From positions 352,001 to 416,000 of the forward strand of contig OY776562.1 in the NCBI GenBank assembly GCA_963675785.1: a DNA stretch of 64,000 nucleotides, written 5' to 3'. Origin of the DNA: Anaerolineae bacterium (GTDB taxonomy: Bacteria; Chloroflexota; Anaerolineae; UBA1429). This document shows, in pieces, positions 18,549 through 27,689 of the stretch. The notes beneath the pieces are model-generated. The model was not told the DNA's origin and ran no database searches. It was given only the letters and a program-made list of their open reading frames with translations. The position numbers and the translations under genes were made by a program. How positions within the stretch are numbered: position 1 is the stretch's first letter; every line of letters starts with the position of its first letter.

Positions 18549-18592
18549 AGTCTAAACTCTTGAGAGAAAAGAACCATAAAGAAAGCGTAAGT
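18549..18592 (-). promoter_or_regulatory. Conserved upstream/promoter motif of giant protein B
   Basis: ACTTACGCTTTCTTTATG-N20-TAGACT. Confidence 0.55.
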
Positions 18593-18673
18593 ATGGCGGA
18601 GTGGAATAGCAATCCTTGACCGTAGATGGGCAGTTCTATAGAATGCAATGGAATTCTGAAAGAGAAGGCAAGG

Positions 18674-19774
18674 ATGCGCTACAAATCTGCGTTACTTGGT
18701 GCAATTCTCCTCGCAAATACGGTGTGTGTTGGTTTTGGCCCCGCTGTTCTAACCAATGCAGATGTGCCCACTTCGGTAGTTGCTCCAGAGCAGATTCAGC
18801 TTCCTGTGGGTGTGCCCTGCCTCGAGCTGACGGCGGCTGCCTGGATTCTCGTGGACGAACCAACGGGACAGATACTTTGTGCCAATAACGAGCATGAACA
18901 ACGAGCGCAGGCCAGCCTGGTCAAGTTAGCTACTGCCCTCGTTGCGCTTGAGCGCGGCAATCTGGATGACAAGCTCACAGTGGCCTGGGCGGATCTCACG
19001 GTGGGCACCAGCGTTCCCATTGTTCAGAATGAAGAGTATTCTTTGTATGAGCTACTGGTGGCGCTGCTTATGGCTTCAGACAATGCTGCTGGCGTTACGA
19101 TTGCCCGGAGTCTTGCCGGTGATGAGACTTTGTTCGTAGAGTGGATGAACGAGTTTGTCTCTGGTTTGGGGCTGCAAGATACCCATTATGCCAATGCCCA
19201 CGGCCTGGATGAAGATGGTGGCTACTCTAGCGCCTACGATACGGCCATTTTGACGCGATACGCCATGCAGAACGAGATTTTTGCTGGCATTGTGGCCAAA
19301 CAAAATGCCGCTGTAGGTGACTATCTTGCCTTTACTACGAATGAGCTTTTTACCGAATATCCCGGTGTAATAGGCGTTAAAACAGGCACAACAGACAATG
19401 CGGGGGATTGTCTAGTGGCTATGGTGGATCGAGCTCAGGGTCGAGCCCTTACCGTGGTGTTAGGTTCTGAGGATCGTTATGCCGATACGCGGCAACTGCT
19501 GGATTATTATTACGGGAGTTATGCTGAACTCGATGTTTCGTTGGCTGTCAACGATTTAAACCGTTACCAGGACGAATACGGCGAGTGGCACACGCTTTAC
19601 ACGCAAGACGAGGCTATTTTGTTACTCCCGGTAACAAAAGTGCGAGATATCAAGATTTTCCGGAATTTAACGAACCCTATTCCAAATCCCAATTCGACGA
19701 CCCCTGTAGGTACGCTTGATGTATACCTCGGGGGAGAACTCTATATGCAGGTGCCCATGTATGCCCACCAATAA
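18674..19774 (+). CDS. D-alanyl-D-alanine carboxypeptidase (peptidase S11)
   Basis: SxxK (ASLVK), SDN, NAHGLD and KTG motifs; signal-like N-terminus from ATG 18674. Confidence 0.9.
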   Translation: MRYKSALLGAILLANTVCVGFGPAVLTNADVPTSVVAPEQIQLPVGVPCLELTAAAWILVDEPTGQILCANNEHEQRAQASLVKLATALVALERGNLDDKLTVAWADLTVGTSVPIVQNEEYSLYELLVALLMASDNAAGVTIARSLAGDETLFVEWMNEFVSGLGLQDTHYANAHGLDEDGGYSSAYDTAILTRYAMQNEIFAGIVAKQNAAVGDYLAFTTNELFTEYPGVIGVKTGTTDNAGDCLVAMVDRAQGRALTVVLGSEDRYADTRQLLDYYYGSYAELDVSLAVNDLNRYQDEYGEWHTLYTQDEAILLLPVTKVRDIKIFRNLTNPIPNPNSTTPVGTLDVYLGGELYMQVPMYAHQ

Positions 19775-20531
19775 TGAGAATACTAGCCTGGAGCGCTTGC
19801 AAAAGTATCTTGCTCGCTCGGGCGTAGCTTCGCGTCGTGCTTCTGAAGAACTTATTAGCCAGGGCAAAGTCACGGTTAATGGCAACATTGTTCGGGAGAT
19901 GGGTTTTCAAGTAAACCCTGATACGGACCGCGTAGCCGTGGGCGGTAGGCTCATCGAGCCGGTGCAATATGAATACTGGGCTGTTTACAAGCCCATAGGT
20001 TATGTTTCTACTACAAGTGATACGCACGGTCGACCGACAGTGGTGCAACTTGTCAAGGGAAACACTCGTCTCTACCCTGTAGGGCGCCTTGATGCTGACA
20101 GCGAAGGGTTGATGCTGCTTACGAACGATGGGCCCCTCGCTCAAAAACTGATGCATCCAAGTTTTCAGCATGAAAAGGAATATCTGGTGCTGATTCGCGG
20201 TGACCTGACCAATGCTGCTATACGGATGCTAGAACGCGGCGTGCAGTTGGAGGGGGAAGAAACGCGTGCCAGAGCCCAGGTTGAACGGTCGCCGCGAGAT
20301 TGGGCCTGGCGCAGGCATCGACCTGTGCGGGGCGATATCTGGGCACGATTTGTGCTACAGCAAGGGCAAAAGAGGCAAATTCGGCGTATGCTGAACATGG
20401 TTCATTGTCATGTGCAGCGTATTGTGCGCGTTCGTATTGGCACACTGGAAATAGGCAACCTGGTATCCGGCGAGGCCCGGCGTCTTTCTGCAGATGAGAT
20501 CATCGCTTTGCGAGAATTGGCCGGTCTTTAG
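19761..20531 (+). CDS. rluB: rRNA pseudouridine synthase (RluB/RsuA family)
   Basis: S4 domain ERLQKYLARSGVASRR; catalytic GRLDADSEGL. Confidence 0.88.
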   Translation: MPTNNENTSLERLQKYLARSGVASRRASEELISQGKVTVNGNIVREMGFQVNPDTDRVAVGGRLIEPVQYEYWAVYKPIGYVSTTSDTHGRPTVVQLVKGNTRLYPVGRLDADSEGLMLLTNDGPLAQKLMHPSFQHEKEYLVLIRGDLTNAAIRMLERGVQLEGEETRARAQVERSPRDWAWRRHRPVRGDIWARFVLQQGQKRQIRRMLNMVHCHVQRIVRVRIGTLEIGNLVSGEARRLSADEIIALRELAGL

Positions 20532-20546
20532 TCAAGGGGTTATGTT

Positions 20547-21242
20547 TTGAAGAATCTTTGCATCGCGATTGATGGCCCAGCTGCATCCGGCAAGAGCACG
20601 GTGGGTTCCAAGTTGGCCGACCGATTGGGCTTTTTGTTTTTTGATACGGGCGTCATGTACCGCGCGGTGACCTGGGCAGCTCTGGATCGGGGGATCGCCA
20701 TCGCCAATGAAGAGGCGGTTTCTGAACTAGCCGCGATGATCAAAATCGAGGTCACCAAGCCCGAGATAGAGGATGGCCGCCAATACACAGTGTGGGTGGA
20801 TCATCAGGATGTAACATGGCAACTGCGCAGCAACGCTGTTAATGGCGGTGTCTCACCTGTATCCACCTATGCCGGTGTTCGCCGTGCGCTTACAGAACAA
20901 CAGAGGCGCATCGCTGATTCTGGGGCAATAGTGATGGTGGGGCGAGATATTGGCTCGGTTGTCGTGCCGAATGCCGATGTCAAAGTGTATTTAGATGCCA
21001 CCATCGAAGAACGCGCTCGCCGCCGCTTGGTGGATATGCAGGCTCGTGGTCAAAAGGCAGATATGGATGCCGTGGTAGAAAACCTCTGTTCTCGCGACCG
21101 TATTGATAGTACTCGCAAGGTGGCCCCCCTTAGCATCCCCGTGGGGGCTACAATTATCGATTCTACCGAGCTCTCTATCGATCAGGTCGTGGACAAGATC
21201 GTGACTCTGGTAGCGACTGCGCAAGAAAAGGCCGATTGCTGA
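20547..21242 (+). CDS. cmk: Cytidylate kinase
   Basis: IAIDGPAASGKST, DTGVMYRAV, VGRDIG. Confidence 0.95.
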   Translation: MKNLCIAIDGPAASGKSTVGSKLADRLGFLFFDTGVMYRAVTWAALDRGIAIANEEAVSELAAMIKIEVTKPEIEDGRQYTVWVDHQDVTWQLRSNAVNGGVSPVSTYAGVRRALTEQQRRIADSGAIVMVGRDIGSVVVPNADVKVYLDATIEERARRRLVDMQARGQKADMDAVVENLCSRDRIDSTRKVAPLSIPVGATIIDSTELSIDQVVDKIVTLVATAQEKADC

Positions 21243-22558
21243 TGGACTGCCCTCATGGCGGTGTGATCAAGGATGTTGCGTCGGGGAGTCTTGGCGAAGA
21301 AATCGGCATAGAACCAGGGGATATTCTACGTTCTATCAATGGGCATTGTTTGCGGGATGTGATCGACTACCAGTTCTATAGCGACGACGAGGAACTCGAA
21401 CTGGTTTTGGAGCGTTCTGGCAAACAGCACGTAATAGAGGTCGAGCGCGATTTAGACGAGCCTCTGGGCCTCGATTTTACAGAACTCGTTTTTGATGGCA
21501 TGCGCCTTTGCCGCAACCGCTGCGAGTTTTGTTTTGTAGCCCAATTACGACCCGGTTTGCGCCGTTCACTGTATGTGCGCGATGATGACTATCGCTATTC
21601 TTTTCTTTCGGCCAGCTATGTTACCCTCACCAATCTTACGCAGGATGACTGGGATCGGCTTGAAGAACAGCGTCTTTCGCCGCTTTACATCTCGGTGCAT
21701 GCCACCAATCTGACTGTACGGCGGCAATTATTGGGGCGTCCAGATGCGCCAGACATCATGGAGCAGCTCAAGCGCTTGAGAGAACTGAGTATCCAGGTGC
21801 ATTGCCAGATTGTCATATGTCCGGGACGTAACGATGGAGAGGTACTCAAACGCTCTATTCGCGATCTGGCCTCGCTTTGGCCCACCGTACAGACTTTGGC
21901 ACTTGTCCCCGTCGGCCTGACACGTTTTCATCAGGGAGATGTGCGCCGTGTGGATGTGACTGAGGCAAAGGAGATCATCACCGCGACTGATTGTGCCGCA
22001 CAGGATATCCGGCATCTCATTGGCAGAACTTGGGTTTATCCTTCAGATGAGCTTTATCTTTTGGCAGGGGTAGATATACCATCACAGACGTTCTATGATG
22101 ATGATGCTCAGTATGGCAACGGCGTTGGCATGGTACGCGATTTGCTGGAAGACTGGGCGGATGCCAGACCAGCTCTGGAGAACAAGAACTCTCGCTTCAC
22201 GCGAGTGGTTATTGTAACAGGAGAACTGGTTGCTCCCATTTTGGCCAAGGTGGCTGCCGAAGCAGCACGTCTGCTGGATATTGATCTGATGGTGTTGCCC
22301 GTCACCAATCATTTTATGGGTGAGATGGTTACCGTCGCTGGATTGCTCACTGGCGTGGATGTGCTGAGCGCGCTGGCAGATGTGGATGCCGAAGCGGTGT
22401 TTCTCCCGCGTTCCATGTTCGACCAGGATGGCGTATTGACGCTGGATGGTATGACCTGGGATCAGTTAGTTGAGGCAATTGGTCGTCCCACATTCTGCGG
22501 GAGAGGCTTTTCCGGCATCGTTGCACAGCTTGTCAAGGAGGATGCGATCGAACAATAA
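21242..22558 (+). CDS. PDZ-domain putative radical SAM protein (DUF512 family)
   Basis: N-terminal PDZ-like region, CRNRCEFC, DDDYRYSF, SPLYISVHAT, NGVGM. Confidence 0.88.
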   Translation: MDCPHGGVIKDVASGSLGEEIGIEPGDILRSINGHCLRDVIDYQFYSDDEELELVLERSGKQHVIEVERDLDEPLGLDFTELVFDGMRLCRNRCEFCFVAQLRPGLRRSLYVRDDDYRYSFLSASYVTLTNLTQDDWDRLEEQRLSPLYISVHATNLTVRRQLLGRPDAPDIMEQLKRLRELSIQVHCQIVICPGRNDGEVLKRSIRDLASLWPTVQTLALVPVGLTRFHQGDVRRVDVTEAKEIITATDCAAQDIRHLIGRTWVYPSDELYLLAGVDIPSQTFYDDDAQYGNGVGMVRDLLEDWADARPALENKNSRFTRVVIVTGELVAPILAKVAAEAARLLDIDLMVLPVTNHFMGEMVTVAGLLTGVDVLSALADVDAEAVFLPRSMFDQDGVLTLDGMTWDQLVEAIGRPTFCGRGFSGIVAQLVKEDAIEQ

Positions 22559-22571
22559 GGATACTGGGGAG

Positions 22572-22777
22572 TATAGCGCAAGGCCTGCCATTGTGGCAGG
22601 ATACGAGGAGGAGGTTCCTCGCTGCAAAGCGAGGTTAATTCCGCCCACCCGGGTGGGAGAAAATCGACAGATCTGCGGATGCCTCCAAGAGTGCGCACCA
22701 CTCTTTACTTCCCCTCCAAGAGGACCATGTCAAAACCCGCCGGTAACGGCGCGACAGCACATGGCGCCAGTGCACGA
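22572..22777 (+). ncRNA. glmS ribozyme (GlcN6P-activated), variant with core insertion
   Basis: A|GCGC cleavage motif (22575/22576), P1 CCUGCCA/UGGCAGG, ACGAGG, P2 GGAGG/CCUCC, AUCGA...UCUGCGGAU, P3 AAGAGUG/CACUCUU, P4 with AAAAC and GUAA tetraloop; lies in the glmS 5' UTR. Confidence 0.85.
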
Positions 22778-22863
22778 ATCATTCTGTTACATCATCATTT
22801 TTCGGTCGTGTTCGCACGGCTGTGGTTGTGCGCATGTGTGCGTGCGACCTTGGAGGGAGTGTT

Positions 22864-24711
22864 ATGTGTGGAATCGTTGGTTATGTGGGTTACAAACAGG
22901 CCGCTGATGTCGTTGTCAAGGGCTTGCAACGCCTTGAATATCGTGGGTATGACTCGGCTGGTTTAGCCGTCGTCATACCTGATGGCAGCATAGAGCGCCG
23001 CCGCAGCGTCGGCAAGCTCATCAACCTCATGGACAGGATGGAACAGGAACCCGTTGAAGGTACTGTGGGTATGGGCCATACGCGTTGGGCTACCCATGGA
23101 GGTGTGACCGAGGCTAACTGCCACCCTCATGTGGATGCCAGTGGTCAGGTTGTGGTCATTCAGAACGGCATCGTTGAAAATTATCTCGAGCTCAAACAAG
23201 AACTGGAGCAAGAGGGTGTAGTATTCTCCTCTCAGACCGATACCGAAGTTATTGCCCAACTCATTGGGCGCATCTATGACGGTGGAAAATGTGACTTGGC
23301 GGAGGCAGTGAGGGAAGCAATGCAGCAGCTAGAGGGCGCCAGTGCCATTGTGGTGCTCAGCGCACTCCAGCCGGATCGCTTGGTGGCAGCACGGTTGGGC
23401 AATGCCGGGGGCATCGTCATCGGTGTCGGTGAGGGAGAAATGTTTATCGCCTCGGATATGCCGGCCATCCTCGATCACACGCAAGAGATGATTTTTGTAA
23501 AAGACCACGAGATAGCTGTAGTTACGGCAAATGGTGTCGAGATCGAAACTTTCGATCGAATGCCTGTCGAACTTGAGATAACGCATGTGGCCTGGAACCC
23601 GGTGTTGGCTGCCAAGGATGGCTACAAGCATTTTATGCTCAAAGAGATCCACGAGCAATCCCGCTCGGTGACAGACGCTATTCGCGGTCGGGTGGATTTT
23701 GACAGCGCTCGAGTCATCTTGCAGGATTTGGATTCGATCAAGCCCGTTATCCCGCATTTGCGCCGCATTCATGCTGTGGCCTGCGGAACTGCATGGCATG
23801 CCTGCCTGCTGGCCAAATTCCTCATCGAGGATTTGGCCAAGATTCCGGTTGAGGTTGACTATGCCAGCGAATTTCGCTATCGCCAACCCCTGCTCGAACC
23901 GGGCAGTATTGTGCTGGTCATCACCCAATCGGGCGAGACGGTGGATACGCTGGCGGCGATGGAAGAGGCCCGCGATCATGGCATGCAGTCTATTGCCCTG
24001 GTAAATGTGGTGGGCAGCCAAGCGGCCCGTGTGGCTGATGGCGTCATCTATCTCAATGCCGGACCGGAGATCGGCGTAGCCTCGACCAAAGCCTTTACCT
24101 CCCAGGTAGTGGCGGCATATCTATTGGCTTTATATCTGGCACAGGAGCGAGGCACGTTATCTTTTGAGCAGCGGCGCACGTTGCTGCGTGAACTCGCTGA
24201 ACTACCGGCCCGTGTGGGAACTGTGCTCAAGAATGGTAACGACTATGAAGCCATTGCTCGCAAATACATGAATTGCCGGGATTTTCTTTTCCTTGGCCGC
24301 GGCATTAACTATCCCGTGGCGCTCGAAGGGGCTCTCAAACTCAAAGAGATTTCCTACATTCATGCTGAGGGATATCCCGCCGGTGAGATGAAGCATGGTC
24401 CCATCGCCCTCATCGATGAAAAGATGCCGGTGGTGGCCATTTGCCCACAGGATCATGTGCGTGACAAGATGCTTAGCAACATCGAACAGGTACGCGCTCG
24501 CGGTGGGCGCGTAATCGCTGTGGCGACTGCTGGGGATGAGCAAGTTGCTCAAAAGGCAGATGATGTCATCTTTGTGCCTCAGGCATCCCATTACCTAACG
24601 CCCATTCTTTGCGTGATCCCCTTGCAACTGCTGGCGTATCACATCGCCGTATTGCGCGGCTGCGATGTGGATCAACCACGTAACCTGGCCAAGAGCGTCA
24701 CAGTAGAATAA
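22864..24711 (+). CDS. glmS: Glutamine-fructose-6-phosphate aminotransferase
   Basis: MCGIVG N-terminal nucleophile start, LEYRGYDSAG, GHTRWATHG, C-terminal PRNLAKSVTVE. Confidence 0.98.
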   Translation: MCGIVGYVGYKQAADVVVKGLQRLEYRGYDSAGLAVVIPDGSIERRRSVGKLINLMDRMEQEPVEGTVGMGHTRWATHGGVTEANCHPHVDASGQVVVIQNGIVENYLELKQELEQEGVVFSSQTDTEVIAQLIGRIYDGGKCDLAEAVREAMQQLEGASAIVVLSALQPDRLVAARLGNAGGIVIGVGEGEMFIASDMPAILDHTQEMIFVKDHEIAVVTANGVEIETFDRMPVELEITHVAWNPVLAAKDGYKHFMLKEIHEQSRSVTDAIRGRVDFDSARVILQDLDSIKPVIPHLRRIHAVACGTAWHACLLAKFLIEDLAKIPVEVDYASEFRYRQPLLEPGSIVLVITQSGETVDTLAAMEEARDHGMQSIALVNVVGSQAARVADGVIYLNAGPEIGVASTKAFTSQVVAAYLLALYLAQERGTLSFEQRRTLLRELAELPARVGTVLKNGNDYEAIARKYMNCRDFLFLGRGINYPVALEGALKLKEISYIHAEGYPAGEMKHGPIALIDEKMPVVAICPQDHVRDKMLSNIEQVRARGGRVIAVATAGDEQVAQKADDVIFVPQASHYLTPILCVIPLQLLAYHIAVLRGCDVDQPRNLAKSVTVE

Positions 24712-24733
24712 GCACCAGATGAGGTAGAACGAG

Positions 24734-24781
24734 TGACGGGCTTTTTCGATCTGGCATTTGCCAGAGCGAAAAAGCCCGTCA
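24734..24781. terminator. Hairpin between convergent glmS and cbiO/nikO
   Basis: TGACGGGCTTTTTCG..TCTGGC / GCCAGA.CGAAAAAGCCCGTCA long inverted repeat. Confidence 0.7.
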
Positions 24782-24815
24782 TGGTATATAGGATAGCATT
24801 GTATAAGGATTGAGC

Positions 24816-25538
24816 CTATCGACCAGCGCAGCTCAGCGGAAGCTCTAATCCACAAGCTTCCATGGTGGCTTTGTCTCGCAGAATACTTTGGGCATCTCCA
24901 TCGGCAAAGAGGGATCCGTTCTGCAGCACAATGACGCGATCGCATAAATCCAGTGCCATGTCTAAATCATGGGTGGCAATGACTTTGGTCAGCTTGAGCC
25001 CTGCCAAAAGCGCAATGATGTTGCGACGTGCCCGGGGATCAAGAAAAGAGGAAGGCTCGTCTAGCAGCATGATTGAGGGCCGCATGGATAGAACACTGCC
25101 GAATGCGGCAATACGCTTTTCCCCCCCAGATAATTTGTGGGGCATTTTGTTCCTGAGGTGCTCGGCATTCAACACTTGAAGCACTTCGGAGACGCGCTCC
25201 TCCACCTCTTGCTCAGAAAGGCCATAGTTTCTTGGTCCAAAGGCGATATCGTCATATACATTGGGCATAAAGAGTTGATCATCTGGATTTTGGAATACCA
25301 TCCCCATTTGTGCCCTTATCTCGGGCAAGTTGTCCTTTTTCACTTCCAGGCCGTTAACCTGCAGCTTGCCACTGGCTGGCGCGATGATGCCCAAAAACGC
25401 CAAAAGCAGGGTAGACTTTCCTGCTCCGTTAGCACCCACGATGGCTACACTTTGCCCATCATCGATCCGAAAGCTCAGATCATGAATCGCTCGAGTGCCA
25501 TCTGGATAGGTTATGCCGAGTTCTTCAACCTCTATCAA
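24816..25538 (-). CDS. ECF Ni/Co transporter ATPase (CbiO/NikO)
   Basis: GANGAGKST, FQNPDDQLF, LSGGEK, LLDEP; TTG 25538 behind RBS GAGGGGG. Confidence 0.9.
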   Translation of the reverse strand: MIEVEELGITYPDGTRAIHDLSFRIDDGQSVAIVGANGAGKSTLLLAFLGIIAPASGKLQVNGLEVKKDNLPEIRAQMGMVFQNPDDQLFMPNVYDDIAFGPRNYGLSEQEVEERVSEVLQVLNAEHLRNKMPHKLSGGEKRIAAFGSVLSMRPSIMLLDEPSSFLDPRARRNIIALLAGLKLTKVIATHDLDMALDLCDRVIVLQNGSLFADGDAQSILRDKATMEACGLELPLSCAGR

Positions 25539-25548
25539 AAATTCCCCC

Positions 25549-26319
25549 TCAGACAAACATCTGCCCCAATAATTGGCTGAGATCAAAGAATCGAAAGCCA
25601 ATGACAAGTAGACAAAAAAAGACCGCATAGACGAAATCGGTAATTTGAAGGCTATGCTTTTGAGCAAAGCCCATCGCGCCGTGAAAACCTCTGCATTTCA
25701 TAGCGTAATAGACGCGTTCAGTGCGGTCGATGCTTCGCAATAAGAGTTCCCCTATAAAACTGCCCATATGATGCAGCTGAATCCCCTTGTTCCGTGGGGA
25801 GCGAAGCAGGTATGCGGTATACATGGTAGACGCCTCGTTCAGCAGAATGCTGAGATAGCGGTATGTCATTGTGATTTGCATCACGAGAATGGGCGGGATT
25901 TTGAACCTTATGAGTTGGTTGGAAAGATCTCGCAATGGGGTGGTGGAAACGAGGATCAACACAGCCATGACGGTAAGGTATGTCTTTAGAAGGATCGTAA
26001 AAAGCGAAAGTACGCCAGCGCTTATGGCAATTCCACCAATAACAAAAGCTGTCTCTGTATCAAAAATGATGTTCGATACACCTGCCAGCAAACTAAAAGG
26101 AAGTGCTAGCACGAGTCGTTTGAGAAGTTGGTTGTAAGGCGTTTCGGAGACAGCCATAGCCACAAAAGGGTAAAAAAGATATGGAAAGAGCTTGCTCAGA
26201 GCGTAACGATCAAAGGATATGACGACTATTAGATAGACAAAAGTTGCCAAGAGCTTGACAGATGGGTGAATACGATGAATCGCAGTATCCCCATTGGCAA
26301 GCTCTTCCAACGTATACAT
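25549..26319 (-). CDS. ECF Ni/Co transporter T component (CbiQ/NikQ); true start may be ATC 26349
   Basis: IHRIHPSVKL, YRYL, AYLLR, AMKCRGF motifs; membrane protein. Confidence 0.88.
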   Translation of the reverse strand: MYTLEELANGDTAIHRIHPSVKLLATFVYLIVVISFDRYALSKLFPYLFYPFVAMAVSETPYNQLLKRLVLALPFSLLAGVSNIIFDTETAFVIGGIAISAGVLSLFTILLKTYLTVMAVLILVSTTPLRDLSNQLIRFKIPPILVMQITMTYRYLSILLNEASTMYTAYLLRSPRNKGIQLHHMGSFIGELLLRSIDRTERVYYAMKCRGFHGAMGFAQKHSLQITDFVYAVFFCLLVIGFRFFDLSQLLGQMFV

Positions 26320-26430
26320 ATCGGAAAGACTACTCGTTATGTTAGCGATCTTGTTCCCCCATTGCTACACAAAACTTGCAGCAACCCCTACGCGCTGTAG
26401 AGGCTGCTGCATTTTGAGTCCCCAGTCCTT

Positions 26431-27450
26431 CTATGCGCTGGCTTCTGTTCGGCGCTTCTTTTTTGTGGCTGATATAACCAAGCCAGTTGCACCAGCCAAT
26501 GCAAAAGTGAGTGTCCCCCCCACAATTCCGGCTACAGAGGTGCCAACTGCAGAACCTTCCTCTCCATCAGAGGCAAAGGTGTAATCAGGCATGAATGCAG
26601 TTGTTTCTTGTACAGAGGCGGCCGTGTCATAGACACTGCCCTCCGCCTCTAGCTCTGTCGTCCCGCTAACGCCCTCCATAGACCATTCAAGGCCGTCAGG
26701 ATATGAGGAGGCAAAGAGCGAAAGCCCACCACCCACCACCAGCGTGGCAACGATGAGAACGGTGAGCACCTTTTTGGTCGAGATGCCCCCCATTTTAGTC
26801 CTGTTGTATGAGCTAGCCAGAATCTCGGGGCGTGCTGAATACACGTAATAAAGAACGCCTGCTGTAACGATACCCTCCACAAGACCAATAGCTAGGTGGA
26901 TAGGCTGCATAAGAGCAACAAATGCACCAAAAGGTAGTTCGGTAATACCCGATGCCAGGGTCTCTAGTACGACAGAAAATGCACCTGCCTGCAAACCAAT
27001 AACGACAGATGCGATAGAAGCAATGGAAATAGTTTGAAGATTGAGCCCCTTTTTGATCAGCGGTTTAAAGATGAGCGGATAAGACAAGAAGCAAGAGATA
27101 AAGCCCATATTAAAGATGTTACAACCTAGGGCCAGCAGTCCTCCATCGGCAAAGAATAACGCTTGAATAATGAGGACTGCCGTAATAGTGAGAAAGGCGG
27201 GGAATTCTCCAAGGAGGGCGGCGAGTAGGATGCCGCCACCAATATGGCCGCTAGAACCTGTGCCAGGGATAGTAAAGTTGATCATCTGAGCTGCAAAGAC
27301 AAAGGCGCCCATGATGCCCATGAGCGGTATTTTTTTCTCGTCCAGCTCGTCCTTTTTGATTTGTGCTACGGAATAGGCTACGGCGCCAGCGCTGACGGCA
27401 TACATCACGCCACCGACTGCAGGAGACAATAAAGCATCTGCCATGTGCAT
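26431..27450 (-). CDS. ECF Ni/Co transporter substrate component, CbiM/NikM fused to PDGLE (NikN-like) domain
   Basis: MHMAD metal-binding N-terminus, GSSGH, FASSYPDGLEWS, MPDY. Confidence 0.9.
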   Translation of the reverse strand: MHMADALLSPAVGGVMYAVSAGAVAYSVAQIKKDELDEKKIPLMGIMGAFVFAAQMINFTIPGTGSSGHIGGGILLAALLGEFPAFLTITAVLIIQALFFADGGLLALGCNIFNMGFISCFLSYPLIFKPLIKKGLNLQTISIASIASVVIGLQAGAFSVVLETLASGITELPFGAFVALMQPIHLAIGLVEGIVTAGVLYYVYSARPEILASSYNRTKMGGISTKKVLTVLIVATLVVGGGLSLFASSYPDGLEWSMEGVSGTTELEAEGSVYDTAASVQETTAFMPDYTFASDGEEGSAVGTSVAGIVGGTLTFALAGATGLVISATKKKRRTEASA

Positions 27451-27573
27451 AGTTTGTGCTCTCCCTTATGAGTCACAAAGACATGTTCATCTCCAGATGT
27501 CGGCCGTCATCTAGGAGGTATGGTGTCAGAAAGCGAGTGTCATGCATGTCTCTGTAACGTCAAATCCGGGCAA

Positions 27574-27602
27574 ACTATAATGCGCATAATGAAATTTGTC
27601 AA
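27574..27602 (-). promoter_or_regulatory. Sigma70-type promoter of the Ni/Co ECF operon
   Basis: TTGACA (27602-27597) - 17 nt - TATAGT (27579-27574). Confidence 0.75.
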
Positions 27603-27634
27603 TGTTATTGCGAATATTTGCAATAACATTGACA
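27597..27634. promoter_or_regulatory. 38-bp palindrome overlapping the -35 box; NikR-like operator candidate
   Basis: TGTCAATGTTATTGCGAAT|ATTTGCAATAACATTGACA (18/19 symmetric); contains ATGTTA-N16-TAACAT. Confidence 0.6.
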
Positions 27635-27689
27635 GGCAACAATATGATATGCTTGATTTTGTGCTGGGCGTGTTCGACTGAGAGCTCTC

